Below, piece after piece: positions 9,921 to 19,428 of a stretch of DNA of 62,577 nt. The notes under the pieces were generated by a model. It was not told where the DNA came from. It was given only the letters and a program-made list of their open reading frames with translations, and made no database searches. The position numbers were made by a program, and so were the translations under genes. Origin of the DNA: an uncultured Lachnospiraceae bacterium (GTDB lineage: Bacteria; Bacillota; Clostridia; Lachnospirales; Lachnospiraceae); contig CACZTL010000004.1 in NCBI GenBank assembly GCA_902784165.1, forward strand, positions 1-62,577. Reading direction: 5' to 3'. Within the stretch, counting starts at the first letter, position 1. Each line of letters begins with the position of its first letter.

Positions 9921-11372
9921 TTATGCTAATCTTTTTAAAGTATTTTTAAGTATCTCCCAGTAATCTGCGGTAGATGATATGCTGAGTCTCTCTTTAAACG
10001 TATGAATGTCGTCGGCCTGAGGTCCGAAGGAAACAAAATCCGTACCCGGCATTTTCTCGGCAAAAACTCCGCACTCAAGACCTGCGTGTATTACCATCTG
10101 CTTAGGTTCCTTTCCCGTAACACGCCTGTATTCCTCCATGAGTATATCACGCGCCGGCGAAACCGGCTCGTAGCTCCATGCACTGTAGATTCCCGAAAGC
10201 TCCACTTCAAATCCGTCACCGGCAAGCGCACTTATCTTTGCTGTCTGTGCTGTGATCTTTTCGGTTATAAGTGATCTGACAAGAATCGTTATACTGCAGG
10301 ATGTTTCGTTTATTCTCGTTATACCGGTATTTGAGCTTGTCTCTACTACATCTTCAAGCTGATCCGACATAGCAATAACTCCGTCATCTATATCGGCTAA
10401 AAGCTTTAATATACTTACAGCTTTGTCTTTGGGTAATACCTGTGCTTTACTTATCTTTTCGGCGGCATTTGCCAAGCAAAGCGCTTCAGGATCGGTTGCC
10501 TTATACGCAGACAAAAGATCCTCTGAAAGAGCATTATATACGCCTATTACGTCCTGCGGATCCTCACCGGAATAAATGAGCTTTGCCTCTGCCATAGTCG
10601 CTATCGCATTGTCCTTCTCGCCGCCATCAAATGATAAAAGATAAAGATCATCAAATCGTTTTGCAAGCTCATAAACGGCAGTCGCCAGTATTTTATTGGC
10701 ATTGGCTCTGCGTTTATCTATCTCCATCCCCGAATGACCTCCGGTAAGATCTGCTACCTTAAGCGTAAGCAGCCTTCCGATAGCTTCCTCCGGCTGATAA
10801 CTGTCTTTGATCGTACATGTGCAGCCTCCGGCACAGCCCGCAAAAAATATGCCGTCATCCTCAGAATCAATATTTAAAAATGTTTTTCCGCTGAGTACAG
10901 ACGTATCAAGCTTGTTTGCACCTATAAGACCGATTTCCTCATCCGATGTAAAAACGGCTTCTATAGGCGGATGAACCATTTCTTTATCATCAAGCACCGC
11001 AAGCGCAAAGCATACTGCTACTCCGTCATCTGCGCCGAGGGTTGTACCGTCTGCATACAAGTAATCTCCGTCAATCAAGAGATCTATTCCTTCTTTTTGA
11101 AAATCCTTTTTCTTTCCGGGAGCGGAAACAGTCACCATATCAGTATGCCCTTGTATAATGACAGCATCGCGTGATAACGAACCGCCCTGGGCAGGTTTTT
11201 TTATAATACAATTATCATACTCATCCCTGATATACTCAAGACCTCTGTCCTTAGCAAATTTTACAAGATATGAGCTTATTCCCTCACGATTCCCCGAACC
11301 TCGCGGTACGGCAGATATTTCTTCAAAAAAACGAAAGACACTCTTCGGTTCAAGATTTTTTAATTTGTCCAT
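9921..11372 (-). CDS. pepD: aminoacyl-histidine (Xaa-His) dipeptidase, M20C family
   Basis: 483 aa. Metal-binding and catalytic blocks GHTDMV, GADDGVAV, SDEEIGLIGA. Confidence 0.88.
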   Translation of the reverse strand: MDKLKNLEPKSVFRFFEEISAVPRGSGNREGISSYLVKFAKDRGLEYIRDEYDNCIIKKPAQGGSLSRDAVIIQGHTDMVTVSAPGKKKDFQKEGIDLLIDGDYLYADGTTLGADDGVAVCFALAVLDDKEMVHPPIEAVFTSDEEIGLIGANKLDTSVLSGKTFLNIDSEDDGIFFAGCAGGCTCTIKDSYQPEEAIGRLLTLKVADLTGGHSGMEIDKRRANANKILATAVYELAKRFDDLYLLSFDGGEKDNAIATMAEAKLIYSGEDPQDVIGVYNALSEDLLSAYKATDPEALCLANAAEKISKAQVLPKDKAVSILKLLADIDDGVIAMSDQLEDVVETSSNTGITRINETSCSITILVRSLITEKITAQTAKISALAGDGFEVELSGIYSAWSYEPVSPARDILMEEYRRVTGKEPKQMVIHAGLECGVFAEKMPGTDFVSFGPQADDIHTFKERLSISSTADYWEILKNTLKRLA

Positions 11373-11397
11373 ATTATCTCCTATGGTTGTTCATGAA

Positions 11398-11467
11398 AGT
11401 GTGTCAAACGGGGACAGTCCCTTTGTGTCAGAACTGACACAAAGGGACTGTCCCCATCTGACACACT
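11398..11467. repeat. nested palindromic element, type A, full length
   Basis: Lies between the rpsT terminator and the pepD start. The left end reads TGTCAA (TTGACA on the minus strand). Confidence 0.95.
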
Positions 11468-11495
11468 TTTTCTACCTGTCACAACCTGCCTAACG

Positions 11496-11524
11496 AAAAA
11501 GCTGCCACTTAATATAGTGGCAGC
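11496..11524 (-). terminator. intrinsic terminator after rpsT
   Basis: Minus strand: AGCUGCCAC-UAUAUUAA-GUGGCAGCU followed by UUUUU. Confidence 0.8.
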
Positions 11525-11547
11525 TAAATAATCAAGCAAATCTAAAA

Positions 11548-11808
11548 TTATAAAGCATTAACAGCCTTTGTAAGTCTGGAAATCTTTCTTGCAGCCGTAT
11601 TCTTGTGATAGATTCCCTTATTGCAGGCCTTCTGTACAGAGCTTGTTGCAGCTGTAAGAGCAGCCTCTGCCGATGCCTTATCCTTTGCTGTTACTGCAGC
11701 TTCTACCTTCTTAATAGCAGTCTTAACAGCGCTCTTTACAGACTTATTACGCTCAGCACGTGCAGCGCTTGTGCGTACTCTCTTCTTAGCAGACTTTATG
11801 TTAGCCAT
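11548..11808 (-). CDS. rpsT: 30S ribosomal protein bS20
   Basis: 86 aa, Lys/Ala-rich, N-terminus MANIKSAKKR. Confidence 0.95.
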   Translation of the reverse strand: MANIKSAKKRVRTSAARAERNKSVKSAVKTAIKKVEAAVTAKDKASAEAALTAATSSVQKACNKGIYHKNTAARKISRLTKAVNAL

Positions 11809-11907
11809 TTCCTGTTCCTCCTTAAAGTTTTGATCGTCTATTTATTCGGACGGACTCCTGCCGGAAAGTAATGACTCTTTGCACGGCAAAAATAAACATA
11901 CCAAAGT

Positions 11908-11936
11908 ATTTTATATGTTTTTAAGATATATGTCAA
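11908..11936 (-). promoter_or_regulatory. rpsT promoter (TTGACA-17-TAAAAT)
   Basis: Minus strand: -35 at 11931..11936, -10 at 11908..11913. Confidence 0.6.
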
Positions 11937-11981
11937 ATACTTTTTATTTTTTGTGCAAGGTCACTGTTTAACTCTTACATA

Positions 11982-11993
11982 AGTGTGTCAGAT
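11982..11993. repeat. solo terminal fragment of the element
   Basis: AGTGTGTCAGAT, 1 nt from the clpX stop codon. Confidence 0.55.
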
Positions 11994-11994
11994 A

Positions 11995-13482
11995 TCAACC
12001 CGGCAGCAAATTCCCGTCCTTCATCTCCACCTTGGGAGAGCCTTGCTTATTAACAAAATCAGCATCAATGATCACGCGTCCTATATTTCTGTCACGCGGT
12101 ATTTCATACATAAGATCCGTCATAAGACTTTCCATTATCGCCCTTATGGCTCTTGCTCCCGTCTTCTTTTCAAGTGCCTTTTGCGCTATAGCCTCATAAG
12201 CATCCTGAGTAAATTCCAAATCAACACCATCTATAAAGAATAGCTTCTGGTACTGTCTTGATATGGAGTTTTTAGGGTCTCTTATAATCTTAACAAGCAT
12301 ATCCCTGTCAAGCGCATGAAGAGACATCACAACGGGAAGACGCCCGATAAACTCAGGTATCATACCGTAATTTCTCAAATCCTCATTCGTTGTCTTCATT
12401 AAAAGATCATCGTCTTCATCAAAAGCATCCTTAAGTGAAGAATTAAAACCTATGGCAGCGCTTTTAGTAAGCCTTTTCTTAATCACCTCGTCAAGCCCAG
12501 AGAAAGCCCCGCCGCAAATAAACAGAATATTACTTGTATCTACCGTAGCCTGCGGCACAAGTCCCATCCGCGCACCGGCGCCGCTTCCCATAGGCACCTC
12601 TATCTTGCTTCCCTCAAGAAGCTTAAGCATAGCCTGCTGCACAGACTCTCCCCTAATATCGCGCGCTCTTTCATCTGCCTTCCTTGCAATCTTATCGATC
12701 TCATCAACAAAAACAATACCGCACTCCGTCTTAAATACATCGTTATTAGCGGCTGTAAGAAGCTTAGAAACAACGCTTTCTACGTCATCACCGATATAAC
12801 CGGCTTCGGTGAGAGTGGTAGCATCGGCAATGGCAAGCGGAACCTTTAAAAGCTTTGCAAGTGTCTTTACAAGATAGGTCTTGCCGCTTCCTGTAGGGCC
12901 AAGCATAAGTATATTAGACTTCTCAAGCTCAACGTCCGCAAACGGATCATTTGATTCCGATGCAACCTGCTGTCTTGCTTCAGCCTCAGTAAGCTTTTTA
13001 TCCTTACCCATCAATTCCTCTACCGCTTTATTTTCTTTGTAGCGTGAGGAAAGCCTCTTGTAATGATTGTAGACAGCAACCGAAATAATACGTTTTGCCC
13101 TGTCCTGACCGATTACATAATCATCAAGCATAGCCTTTATCTCATGAGGCATGGGAATGGATTTGAAATCCTTGAGCATCTCGATTATTGAATCATTATC
13201 CTCATACTCATCCTTTTTTTCTTCACTCTTTTCATCCGTTTTGTTTTTTTCCTGCACGGGATTAAGATTTCCGAACGGATTATTGGAAGGATCCATACCA
13301 TTCCAAACATTACCTATCATCTCGATGGAACGCCTCATACAATCCTGGCAAACCTCAAGATTGTTAGGCAAATGTATAAGACGTCCTACCTCGCTCTCCG
13401 GTCTTCCGCATGAGCTGCAGCGCTTAGAGCTTCCGTTTCCTGAACTTCCCGAGCTGTTAGCTGTATTATTATTATCTGCCAT
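11995..13482 (-). CDS. clpX: ATP-dependent Clp protease ATP-binding subunit ClpX
   Basis: 495 aa. Zinc ribbon CSSCGRP..CQDC, Walker A GPTGSGKT, Walker B VFVDEIDK, IGF loop AIGFNS. Confidence 0.9.
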   Translation of the reverse strand: MADNNNTANSSGSSGNGSSKRCSSCGRPESEVGRLIHLPNNLEVCQDCMRRSIEMIGNVWNGMDPSNNPFGNLNPVQEKNKTDEKSEEKKDEYEDNDSIIEMLKDFKSIPMPHEIKAMLDDYVIGQDRAKRIISVAVYNHYKRLSSRYKENKAVEELMGKDKKLTEAEARQQVASESNDPFADVELEKSNILMLGPTGSGKTYLVKTLAKLLKVPLAIADATTLTEAGYIGDDVESVVSKLLTAANNDVFKTECGIVFVDEIDKIARKADERARDIRGESVQQAMLKLLEGSKIEVPMGSGAGARMGLVPQATVDTSNILFICGGAFSGLDEVIKKRLTKSAAIGFNSSLKDAFDEDDDLLMKTTNEDLRNYGMIPEFIGRLPVVMSLHALDRDMLVKIIRDPKNSISRQYQKLFFIDGVDLEFTQDAYEAIAQKALEKKTGARAIRAIMESLMTDLMYEIPRDRNIGRVIIDADFVNKQGSPKVEMKDGNLLPG

Positions 13483-13484
13483 GA

Positions 13485-13979
13485 TTAATCTTCCTTATTT
13501 TTGAACATATCCTTTATGTCGTCATCTATATCCTTATCCTTTTTTGAGCCGGACTTCGTGTCCTTGCTTTTCACAAAAGAAGTCACTTTATCAACTACAT
13601 CAGGCGCCATGCCGATAACCTTAGTGATCATATCCTGATCCTTTACATTTACCACACGGGCGATTCCGTCCTTAACCACCAGCACCGCTGTCGGTGACAT
13701 CTTGCCGTGAAGACCACCGCCCGAGTTACCGTCAGTATTTTGGGTGTTTGCTCCGAACGATCCCGCGCCTACGCCGAAGGATACATCCACCAGCGGAAGA
13801 ATTATCGTATCACCTATAGTGATAGGGTCGCCAAGCACTGTCTTTGCGGAAATAAACGAATCAAGACCGTACATAAGAGATCTGACGGTGCTCCTGAACT
13901 TGCTGTTATTTCCGATTCCCTGAGCAGCTTCTTTCCCGTCAACTCTTTCACGTCTGCTATCCCTTTCTTTATCAGACAT
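13485..13979 (-). CDS. ytfJ: GerW/YtfJ-family sporulation protein
   Basis: 164 aa. Family block LGDPITIGDTIILPLVDVSFGVGAGS. Confidence 0.78.
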   Translation of the reverse strand: MSDKERDSRRERVDGKEAAQGIGNNSKFRSTVRSLMYGLDSFISAKTVLGDPITIGDTIILPLVDVSFGVGAGSFGANTQNTDGNSGGGLHGKMSPTAVLVVKDGIARVVNVKDQDMITKVIGMAPDVVDKVTSFVKSKDTKSGSKKDKDIDDDIKDMFKNKED

Positions 13980-14013
13980 ATCATAACCTCCGTCTTTGTA
14001 AATAATCGTAAAC

Positions 14014-14823
14014 TTATTGCTTTTTAAGGATAAACCTTCTGAAGTCTTTATTAAAATAAATCTTCAGCGCAATCAATATAACCGGAAATACAAAAAAGAA
14101 ACCTTTTGCATCTACGTCGGCATCGATTCCTTTATTTTCAAAATCCGGCTCAAGCTTTACTGTATCAATGCCTGCAAGTCCGAGCCCTATAGACGCATAT
14201 GAAACTATCATGCCGGTAGTTGCCGGATCACCGGTTCCCCCGGCTATGCGGGCATTAAATTCCTTAGGCTTCACTTTTTTTAGAATCTTCATCCCGTTTG
14301 TCCAAAGGAATCCGTAAAGTCTCCTGTGATCTGCATCAAGCCATTCAAGAGCTGTACCGATTTTATCAAGGGCTCCTCTGATAAATCCTGTTATCTTGTC
14401 CATAACAGCTATGAACTTTTCCCTGAGGCTCTTCTCATGAGTATCATCATCCTCATCTTCAATCTCAAACGGCTTGCTGTCATCGTCTTTGGGAAGTTTC
14501 TTTTTCTTTGTTCTTGCCAGCGCCCCGGCCTTTCCTTTTTTCCGTGATTTCTTTTTCTTCTTTTTTTTCTTCTTCTTTGTACTGTCAAATACAGTAAACA
14601 TCAAAACCTTTACAAGTATCTTAGGTTTATCGTCGGTATAAGTGACGAATATCCTTAAAATACCCAAAAGCCAGCCTGCCTTTACATCAACATCCGGTGT
14701 CCCGTGATAGGCGACATCGGCTCTGTAAGTAAACGGAGTAACCATGGCAAAAACAATGAATCCGCCCACACAGGCAAATACGATGCCTATTATCTGAAAT
14801 ACAGTTATTAAAACACCGGGCAT
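14014..14823 (-). CDS. YtfI-like (DUF2953-type) membrane protein
   Basis: 269 aa with an N-terminal TM segment. The call rests mainly on conserved pairing with ytfJ. Contains a run of eleven Lys followed by SRKKGK. Confidence 0.5.
   Translation of the reverse strand: MPGVLITVFQIIGIVFACVGGFIVFAMVTPFTYRADVAYHGTPDVDVKAGWLLGILRIFVTYTDDKPKILVKVLMFTVFDSTKKKKKKKKKKSRKKGKAGALARTKKKKLPKDDDSKPFEIEDEDDDTHEKSLREKFIAVMDKITGFIRGALDKIGTALEWLDADHRRLYGFLWTNGMKILKKVKPKEFNARIAGGTGDPATTGMIVSYASIGLGLAGIDTVKLEPDFENKGIDADVDAKGFFFVFPVILIALKIYFNKDFRRFILKKQ
14548..14578. repeat. homopyrimidine (T/C) low-complexity tract encoding a poly-lysine run
   Basis: tttctttttcttcttttttttcttcttcttt on the plus strand; it encodes the poly-Lys run in the YtfI-like ORF. 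Confidence 0.8.
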
Positions 14824-14837
14824 AAGACCACCTGCAA

Positions 14838-15155
14838 CTAATCCTCTAAAAACTCTCTTACATTAAATCCGCCTGTCGCATTGTATGTATCCATAGCGAT
14901 CCTCGCGGTCAGTCCGAAGGCTTCATCCCGCCCCTTTGCGATTCCGACGATCTTTAATTGACCGGGATCACCTGTAAAGAAAAACGGATATTTTAGTGTA
15001 AATGCAGGCAGGATATCAAGCACGCCGTGTCTTCCGAGGGGCAATGTGATTACATACACAAAGGGCTGGAGTTCCTTTTTTTCCAGTCCTCTGAGTATCT
15101 TTCGTTTTTCTTTTTTTGCAGACTCACCAACGTAAAGGTCTTTAACTATCTTCAT
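14838..15155 (-). CDS. hypothetical protein
   Basis: 105-aa ORF whose ATG overlaps the stop of the upstream decarboxylase gene (ATGA at 15152..15155). No motif recognised. Confidence 0.45.
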   Translation of the reverse strand: MKIVKDLYVGESAKKEKRKILRGLEKKELQPFVYVITLPLGRHGVLDILPAFTLKYPFFFTGDPGQLKIVGIAKGRDEAFGLTARIAMDTYNATGGFNVREFLED

Positions 15156-16432
15156 ATTTCATCCGCATTTTCCAAAATATCACAAAAATCAAATGTAGCA
15201 AAATAATCCTTAAGTGTCTCTGCACGCCTTATCATCGAAACCTCTCCGTTTTCTTTAAGCAAGAGTTCTGCACACTTAAGCTTTCCGTTGTAATTATACC
15301 CCATCGAATAACCGTGCGCCCCTGCATCATGTAAGATAAGATAATCACCGATATCTATCTTCGGGAGCTTTCTGTCTATGGCAAATTTATCGGAATTCTC
15401 GCAAAGAGATCCCGTAACATCGTATACATGATCACATGCAGCATCTTCCTTGCCCGCCACAGTGATATGATGATATGCGCCGTACATTGCGGGACGTATA
15501 AGATTAACCGCGCAGGCATCAACGCCTATATACTCTTTATAGATGTGCTTTTCATGTATTGCCTTAGTCACAACTACTCCGTATGGCGCAAGCATAAATC
15601 GTCCCATCTCGGTAAATATCTTTACATCACCCATGCCGGCAGGTACAAGTATATCATTATATGCTTTTTTTACACCTTCACCGATAACATCTATATCATT
15701 CGGTGTCTGCTCAGGCTTATATGCGACACCTACTCCACCGGAAAGATTAATAAACTCAATATCGGCTCCTGTCTTTTCCTCGAGCTCCTTTGCGAGCTCA
15801 AACAGTTCACGGGCAAGAGTCGGGTAATAATCATTGGTAACGGTATTGCTTGCAAGAAACGCATGAATTCCGAATCTCTTAACACCTTTTGTTTTCATTA
15901 TCTTAAAGGCTTCGGTAATCTGCTCTTTAGTCATGCCGTATTTGGCATCCTTCGGACTGTCCATGATATCATTTCCCATCGTAAACACGCCGCCGGGATT
16001 ATACCTGCAGCTCATAAGCTCAGGGAACTTATCTCCTATAATACCTTCCAGAAACTCAATATGCGTAAAATCATCGAGATTTATCACTGCACCGATTTTT
16101 GCGGCATATTCATATTCCTCAGCCGGCGTGTCATTTGAGGAAAACATGATTTCTTCACCCGAGAAGCCGCACTTCACAGCCATCTTAAGCTCGGCAATCG
16201 AAGCACAGTCCACGCCGCATCCGTATTCCTTAAGTATCTTGAGTATAAACGGATTAGGAGTAGCCTTCACGGCAAAATACTCCCTGTATCCCTCATTCCA
16301 AGAAAATGCCTTATAGACATTTTCGGCATTTTTCCTTATGCCGGATTCATCATAAAGATAAAAAGGCGTAGGATATGCTTTAACGATTTCCTCTATCTGT
16401 TCCTTTGTAACAAAAGTTGTTTTTTTAGCCAT
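15152..16432 (-). CDS. lysA: fold-type III PLP-dependent decarboxylase (Orn/DAP/Arg family), probably diaminopimelate decarboxylase
   Basis: 426 aa. PLP-Lys context YFAVKATPN and Gly-rich loop INLSGGVGVAY. Substrate assignment is inferred only. Confidence 0.6.
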   Translation of the reverse strand: MAKKTTFVTKEQIEEIVKAYPTPFYLYDESGIRKNAENVYKAFSWNEGYREYFAVKATPNPFILKILKEYGCGVDCASIAELKMAVKCGFSGEEIMFSSNDTPAEEYEYAAKIGAVINLDDFTHIEFLEGIIGDKFPELMSCRYNPGGVFTMGNDIMDSPKDAKYGMTKEQITEAFKIMKTKGVKRFGIHAFLASNTVTNDYYPTLARELFELAKELEEKTGADIEFINLSGGVGVAYKPEQTPNDIDVIGEGVKKAYNDILVPAGMGDVKIFTEMGRFMLAPYGVVVTKAIHEKHIYKEYIGVDACAVNLIRPAMYGAYHHITVAGKEDAACDHVYDVTGSLCENSDKFAIDRKLPKIDIGDYLILHDAGAHGYSMGYNYNGKLKCAELLLKENGEVSMIRRAETLKDYFATFDFCDILENADEI

Positions 16433-16446
16433 ATCAATTCCTTATA

Positions 16447-18054
16447 TCAACCGCCGAGGTACGCATCAATAACCTTCTTACAAGCGGTCGTTGCTTTAGT
16501 ATAATCTATCTCTGTCTTCTCCATAACGCAAACAACTGCGATTTTGGGATCGTTGTACGGCGCAAAGCAGGTAAACCACATATGCGCCGTATCAAGATCA
16601 CTCTCATACTCGGCAGTACCCGTCTTTCCCGCAACACGGTACGGGTTGCTGCCGTATACATCCGAAAGTCCTTCATTTACCATGTTATACATCATCTTGC
16701 CAAGCTCTGAGCTTTCTGATTCAGTTGCTATCGAGTTTCTGTATACTGTAGGTACAAAATTCTTCACAAGATCGCCATCGGGTGAAAGCACCTTTTCAAC
16801 CATGTAAGGCTTCATCAAGGTACCGCCGTTTGCAATGGTCGATGTTATAAGTAGTGTCTGAAGAGGTGTCGTAAGAGTACTTCCCTGTCCGTATGAAGCT
16901 GCCTGCACATCACTCATATCGGAATTGCCGTCAAGTCTGAATATACTCTTTGTTGTCGCTACCTCATCAAGAGGTGAGTCCTGGTTGTATCCGAAATTCT
17001 CCGCAAGAGTTCTGAAAGCATTCCTGTCAAGTCTCAGACCGATGGTGGAAAATGCCACGTTACATGAAACGACAAAGGCTGTATTAATATTCTCATCACC
17101 GTGAGCATACTGGCAGTTAACTCTTGCACCGCCTGCCGGCTGAACTGTTCCCGAGCAGTGGAAAAACGCATCGTGGAACTCTTCCGGCTCTTCCTTAAGG
17201 TATTCAAGTGCCGTTACGATCTTGAATGTGGATCCCGGCGGATAAAGACCCTGCGTAGCCCTGTTTAAAAGAACAGAATCATCCCCGTCAAGCTGCGCCC
17301 ATTCGTCATAATCAGTAGCACCCTTATTAGGATCATAAGTCGGCTTTGACACCATGGCAAGCACTTTACCTGTAGACGGTTCTATCGCTATGATAGCTCC
17401 TTTCTCATCGCCGAGGGCATCAAAAGCGACCTGCTGTAGATAAGGTCTTAATGTCGTATAGACGTTATCGCCCTGAAACTCGGTTTTTTCTATGTCCGAA
17501 GCTTCGGCATCAACTACTATATTATTAGTAGGCGTATTAAGATCCTCATAGAAGCTTCCTTCTATACCGCTTCCGCCGCCACGTTCCATTCCTACGGGAA
17601 CTGCAAAAAGCTCTCCCTTAGGGTAAGACCTGTACTCCTCACCGTCAGCATCAAGATAAGTAGCAGCAAGAACAGAGCCGTCCTGTGCAAATATAGTTCC
17701 TCTTCTTACGGGATTAGGAGGCTCTGTCGTAGTAACCCTGGGGTTGTAAGGACTCGTAGCAATATCCGGAGCCACCTTTGCATTGAAATGCGCAAAATAA
17801 ATAATCATCGTAACGAATATACCGACGAATATCAACGCTATTACGTTAGTTTCTACATTACGCCTTTTCTTGCGAAGGATTCCGGTTCCCGCATCCGTCC
17901 TGGTTCTGTAAGGATCTTCCCGATCCGCGCTTCCTTTGCTCCCTTTCTTTACGCCGTCACCATCGCCCTCAAAACCCTCAAAGTGAAAATCATCGGCAGA
18001 AAATTCTTCTTCACCCTGATTTTTTATTTTTTTCTCTTTATCTTTTCTGTCCAT
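16447..18054 (-). CDS. mrdA: class B penicillin-binding protein (PBP2-type transpeptidase)
   Basis: 535 aa. Charged N-terminal tail plus TM anchor; transpeptidase motifs STFK, SCN, KTGT. Confidence 0.85.
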   Translation of the reverse strand: MDRKDKEKKIKNQGEEEFSADDFHFEGFEGDGDGVKKGSKGSADREDPYRTRTDAGTGILRKKRRNVETNVIALIFVGIFVTMIIYFAHFNAKVAPDIATSPYNPRVTTTEPPNPVRRGTIFAQDGSVLAATYLDADGEEYRSYPKGELFAVPVGMERGGGSGIEGSFYEDLNTPTNNIVVDAEASDIEKTEFQGDNVYTTLRPYLQQVAFDALGDEKGAIIAIEPSTGKVLAMVSKPTYDPNKGATDYDEWAQLDGDDSVLLNRATQGLYPPGSTFKIVTALEYLKEEPEEFHDAFFHCSGTVQPAGGARVNCQYAHGDENINTAFVVSCNVAFSTIGLRLDRNAFRTLAENFGYNQDSPLDEVATTKSIFRLDGNSDMSDVQAASYGQGSTLTTPLQTLLITSTIANGGTLMKPYMVEKVLSPDGDLVKNFVPTVYRNSIATESESSELGKMMYNMVNEGLSDVYGSNPYRVAGKTGTAEYESDLDTAHMWFTCFAPYNDPKIAVVCVMEKTEIDYTKATTACKKVIDAYLGG

Positions 18055-18114
18055 AAATATCCCCGATTAAATAATCCTCATTGTGTTCATATCTTACTTC
18101 TTATGCCTCTACGT

Positions 18115-19407
18115 TTATTCCTTACGCATAGTATACATACCGTTGATGAGTGCAAACATAATAAGCGAGCTGATAAGCGAGCTTCCGCCGTAGCTGATAA
18201 ACGGAAGTGATACACCGGTAAGAGGTATAAGCTTAATAGAACCTCCTATCGTAAGGAACACCTGAATACCGTATGTGGCACCGAGTCCTACCGCTACAAG
18301 TCTGTAGAAAAGTGTGTTGCATCTTGAAGCAATATTCATCATAAGTATGAGATTGTTAAGACATATGAGAATTATACATATAGCTACTATGGCGCCCATT
18401 TCCTCTGTAATGGATGATATCATAAAATCCTTTTCCACATAAGGAATAAGCTTAGGACTGCCCTTTCCGAGCCCTGTTCCGAGCCACCCACCGGCAGATA
18501 TCGCAAACAAAGAACGAAGGATATGCCATCCGGAATTTTGCGGATCTGACCAGGGATCCCGCCATGCGCTGATTCGTCTGGCCACATGTGAAAACGCTTT
18601 ATTTGCAAGAAACGCGCCTAATATACCTGCTCCTACACCCCCGGCAAGAAGATAAACCTTCCTTGAAGCAACATACAACATAGAAAGATATGCCACAAAG
18701 AATATAAGCGCAGTTCCCAAGTCTCTTGAAACTATTAACAGCAAAACATGTGCAGCCGCTATTCCCGACACTATTAGTATGGTCTTCCAGTTGGTGATCT
18801 TATTAAACATCGAGGCTATAAACAGCACGAACAGTATCTTTACAAACTCACCCGGAAGAAGCTGGAAATCACCTATATTAATCGAAAGGACAGCGCCGTT
18901 ATATGACTCTCCCAACACAAATACAGCAGCCAGCAGCGCAAATCCCACGATCGCAAATATCCATCCCCAGTTTCTGATCTGTCTTATATTTTTAAGAAGA
19001 GCAGGGATAAAGAATGTAATTACGGTTCCTATGCAGCCTAGCACAAACTGCCTCAAGCACTCGTCGTAATTGATTCTTCCTATCATAAGGAAGCCTATGG
19101 CTTCCAAAAGAACCATGTTATTTACAAGGAGTCGCGAAGCCTTCGGATAGGCGATGTCATAAACAACAATAGTGGCAAACAAAAGCGCAAACTCACAGAT
19201 ATACAAAATAATGTATTTCATGTCATTTGCATTCATATACAGGACTATGTAGCCTATAAGATGCAAAACAAATGTCATGACATTTTGCACGGCGTAAACG
19301 CTTTTTAAGCCTCTTGAATCCGATGTAGTGGATCCGACATAGGTGATAAGTGTGTATATACACATAACACCTATAAAGATATACTTGGCTATATCAGCAA
19401 AATCCAT
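18115..19407 (-). CDS. rodA: SEDS-family peptidoglycan glycosyltransferase (FtsW/RodA/SpoVE)
   Basis: 430 aa polytopic membrane protein immediately upstream of the class B PBP. Confidence 0.82.
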   Translation of the reverse strand: MDFADIAKYIFIGVMCIYTLITYVGSTTSDSRGLKSVYAVQNVMTFVLHLIGYIVLYMNANDMKYIILYICEFALLFATIVVYDIAYPKASRLLVNNMVLLEAIGFLMIGRINYDECLRQFVLGCIGTVITFFIPALLKNIRQIRNWGWIFAIVGFALLAAVFVLGESYNGAVLSINIGDFQLLPGEFVKILFVLFIASMFNKITNWKTILIVSGIAAAHVLLLIVSRDLGTALIFFVAYLSMLYVASRKVYLLAGGVGAGILGAFLANKAFSHVARRISAWRDPWSDPQNSGWHILRSLFAISAGGWLGTGLGKGSPKLIPYVEKDFMISSITEEMGAIVAICIILICLNNLILMMNIASRCNTLFYRLVAVGLGATYGIQVFLTIGGSIKLIPLTGVSLPFISYGGSSLISSLIMFALINGMYTMRKE

Positions 19408-19428
19408 TTCTCCCTCCGGTAACCTGTT

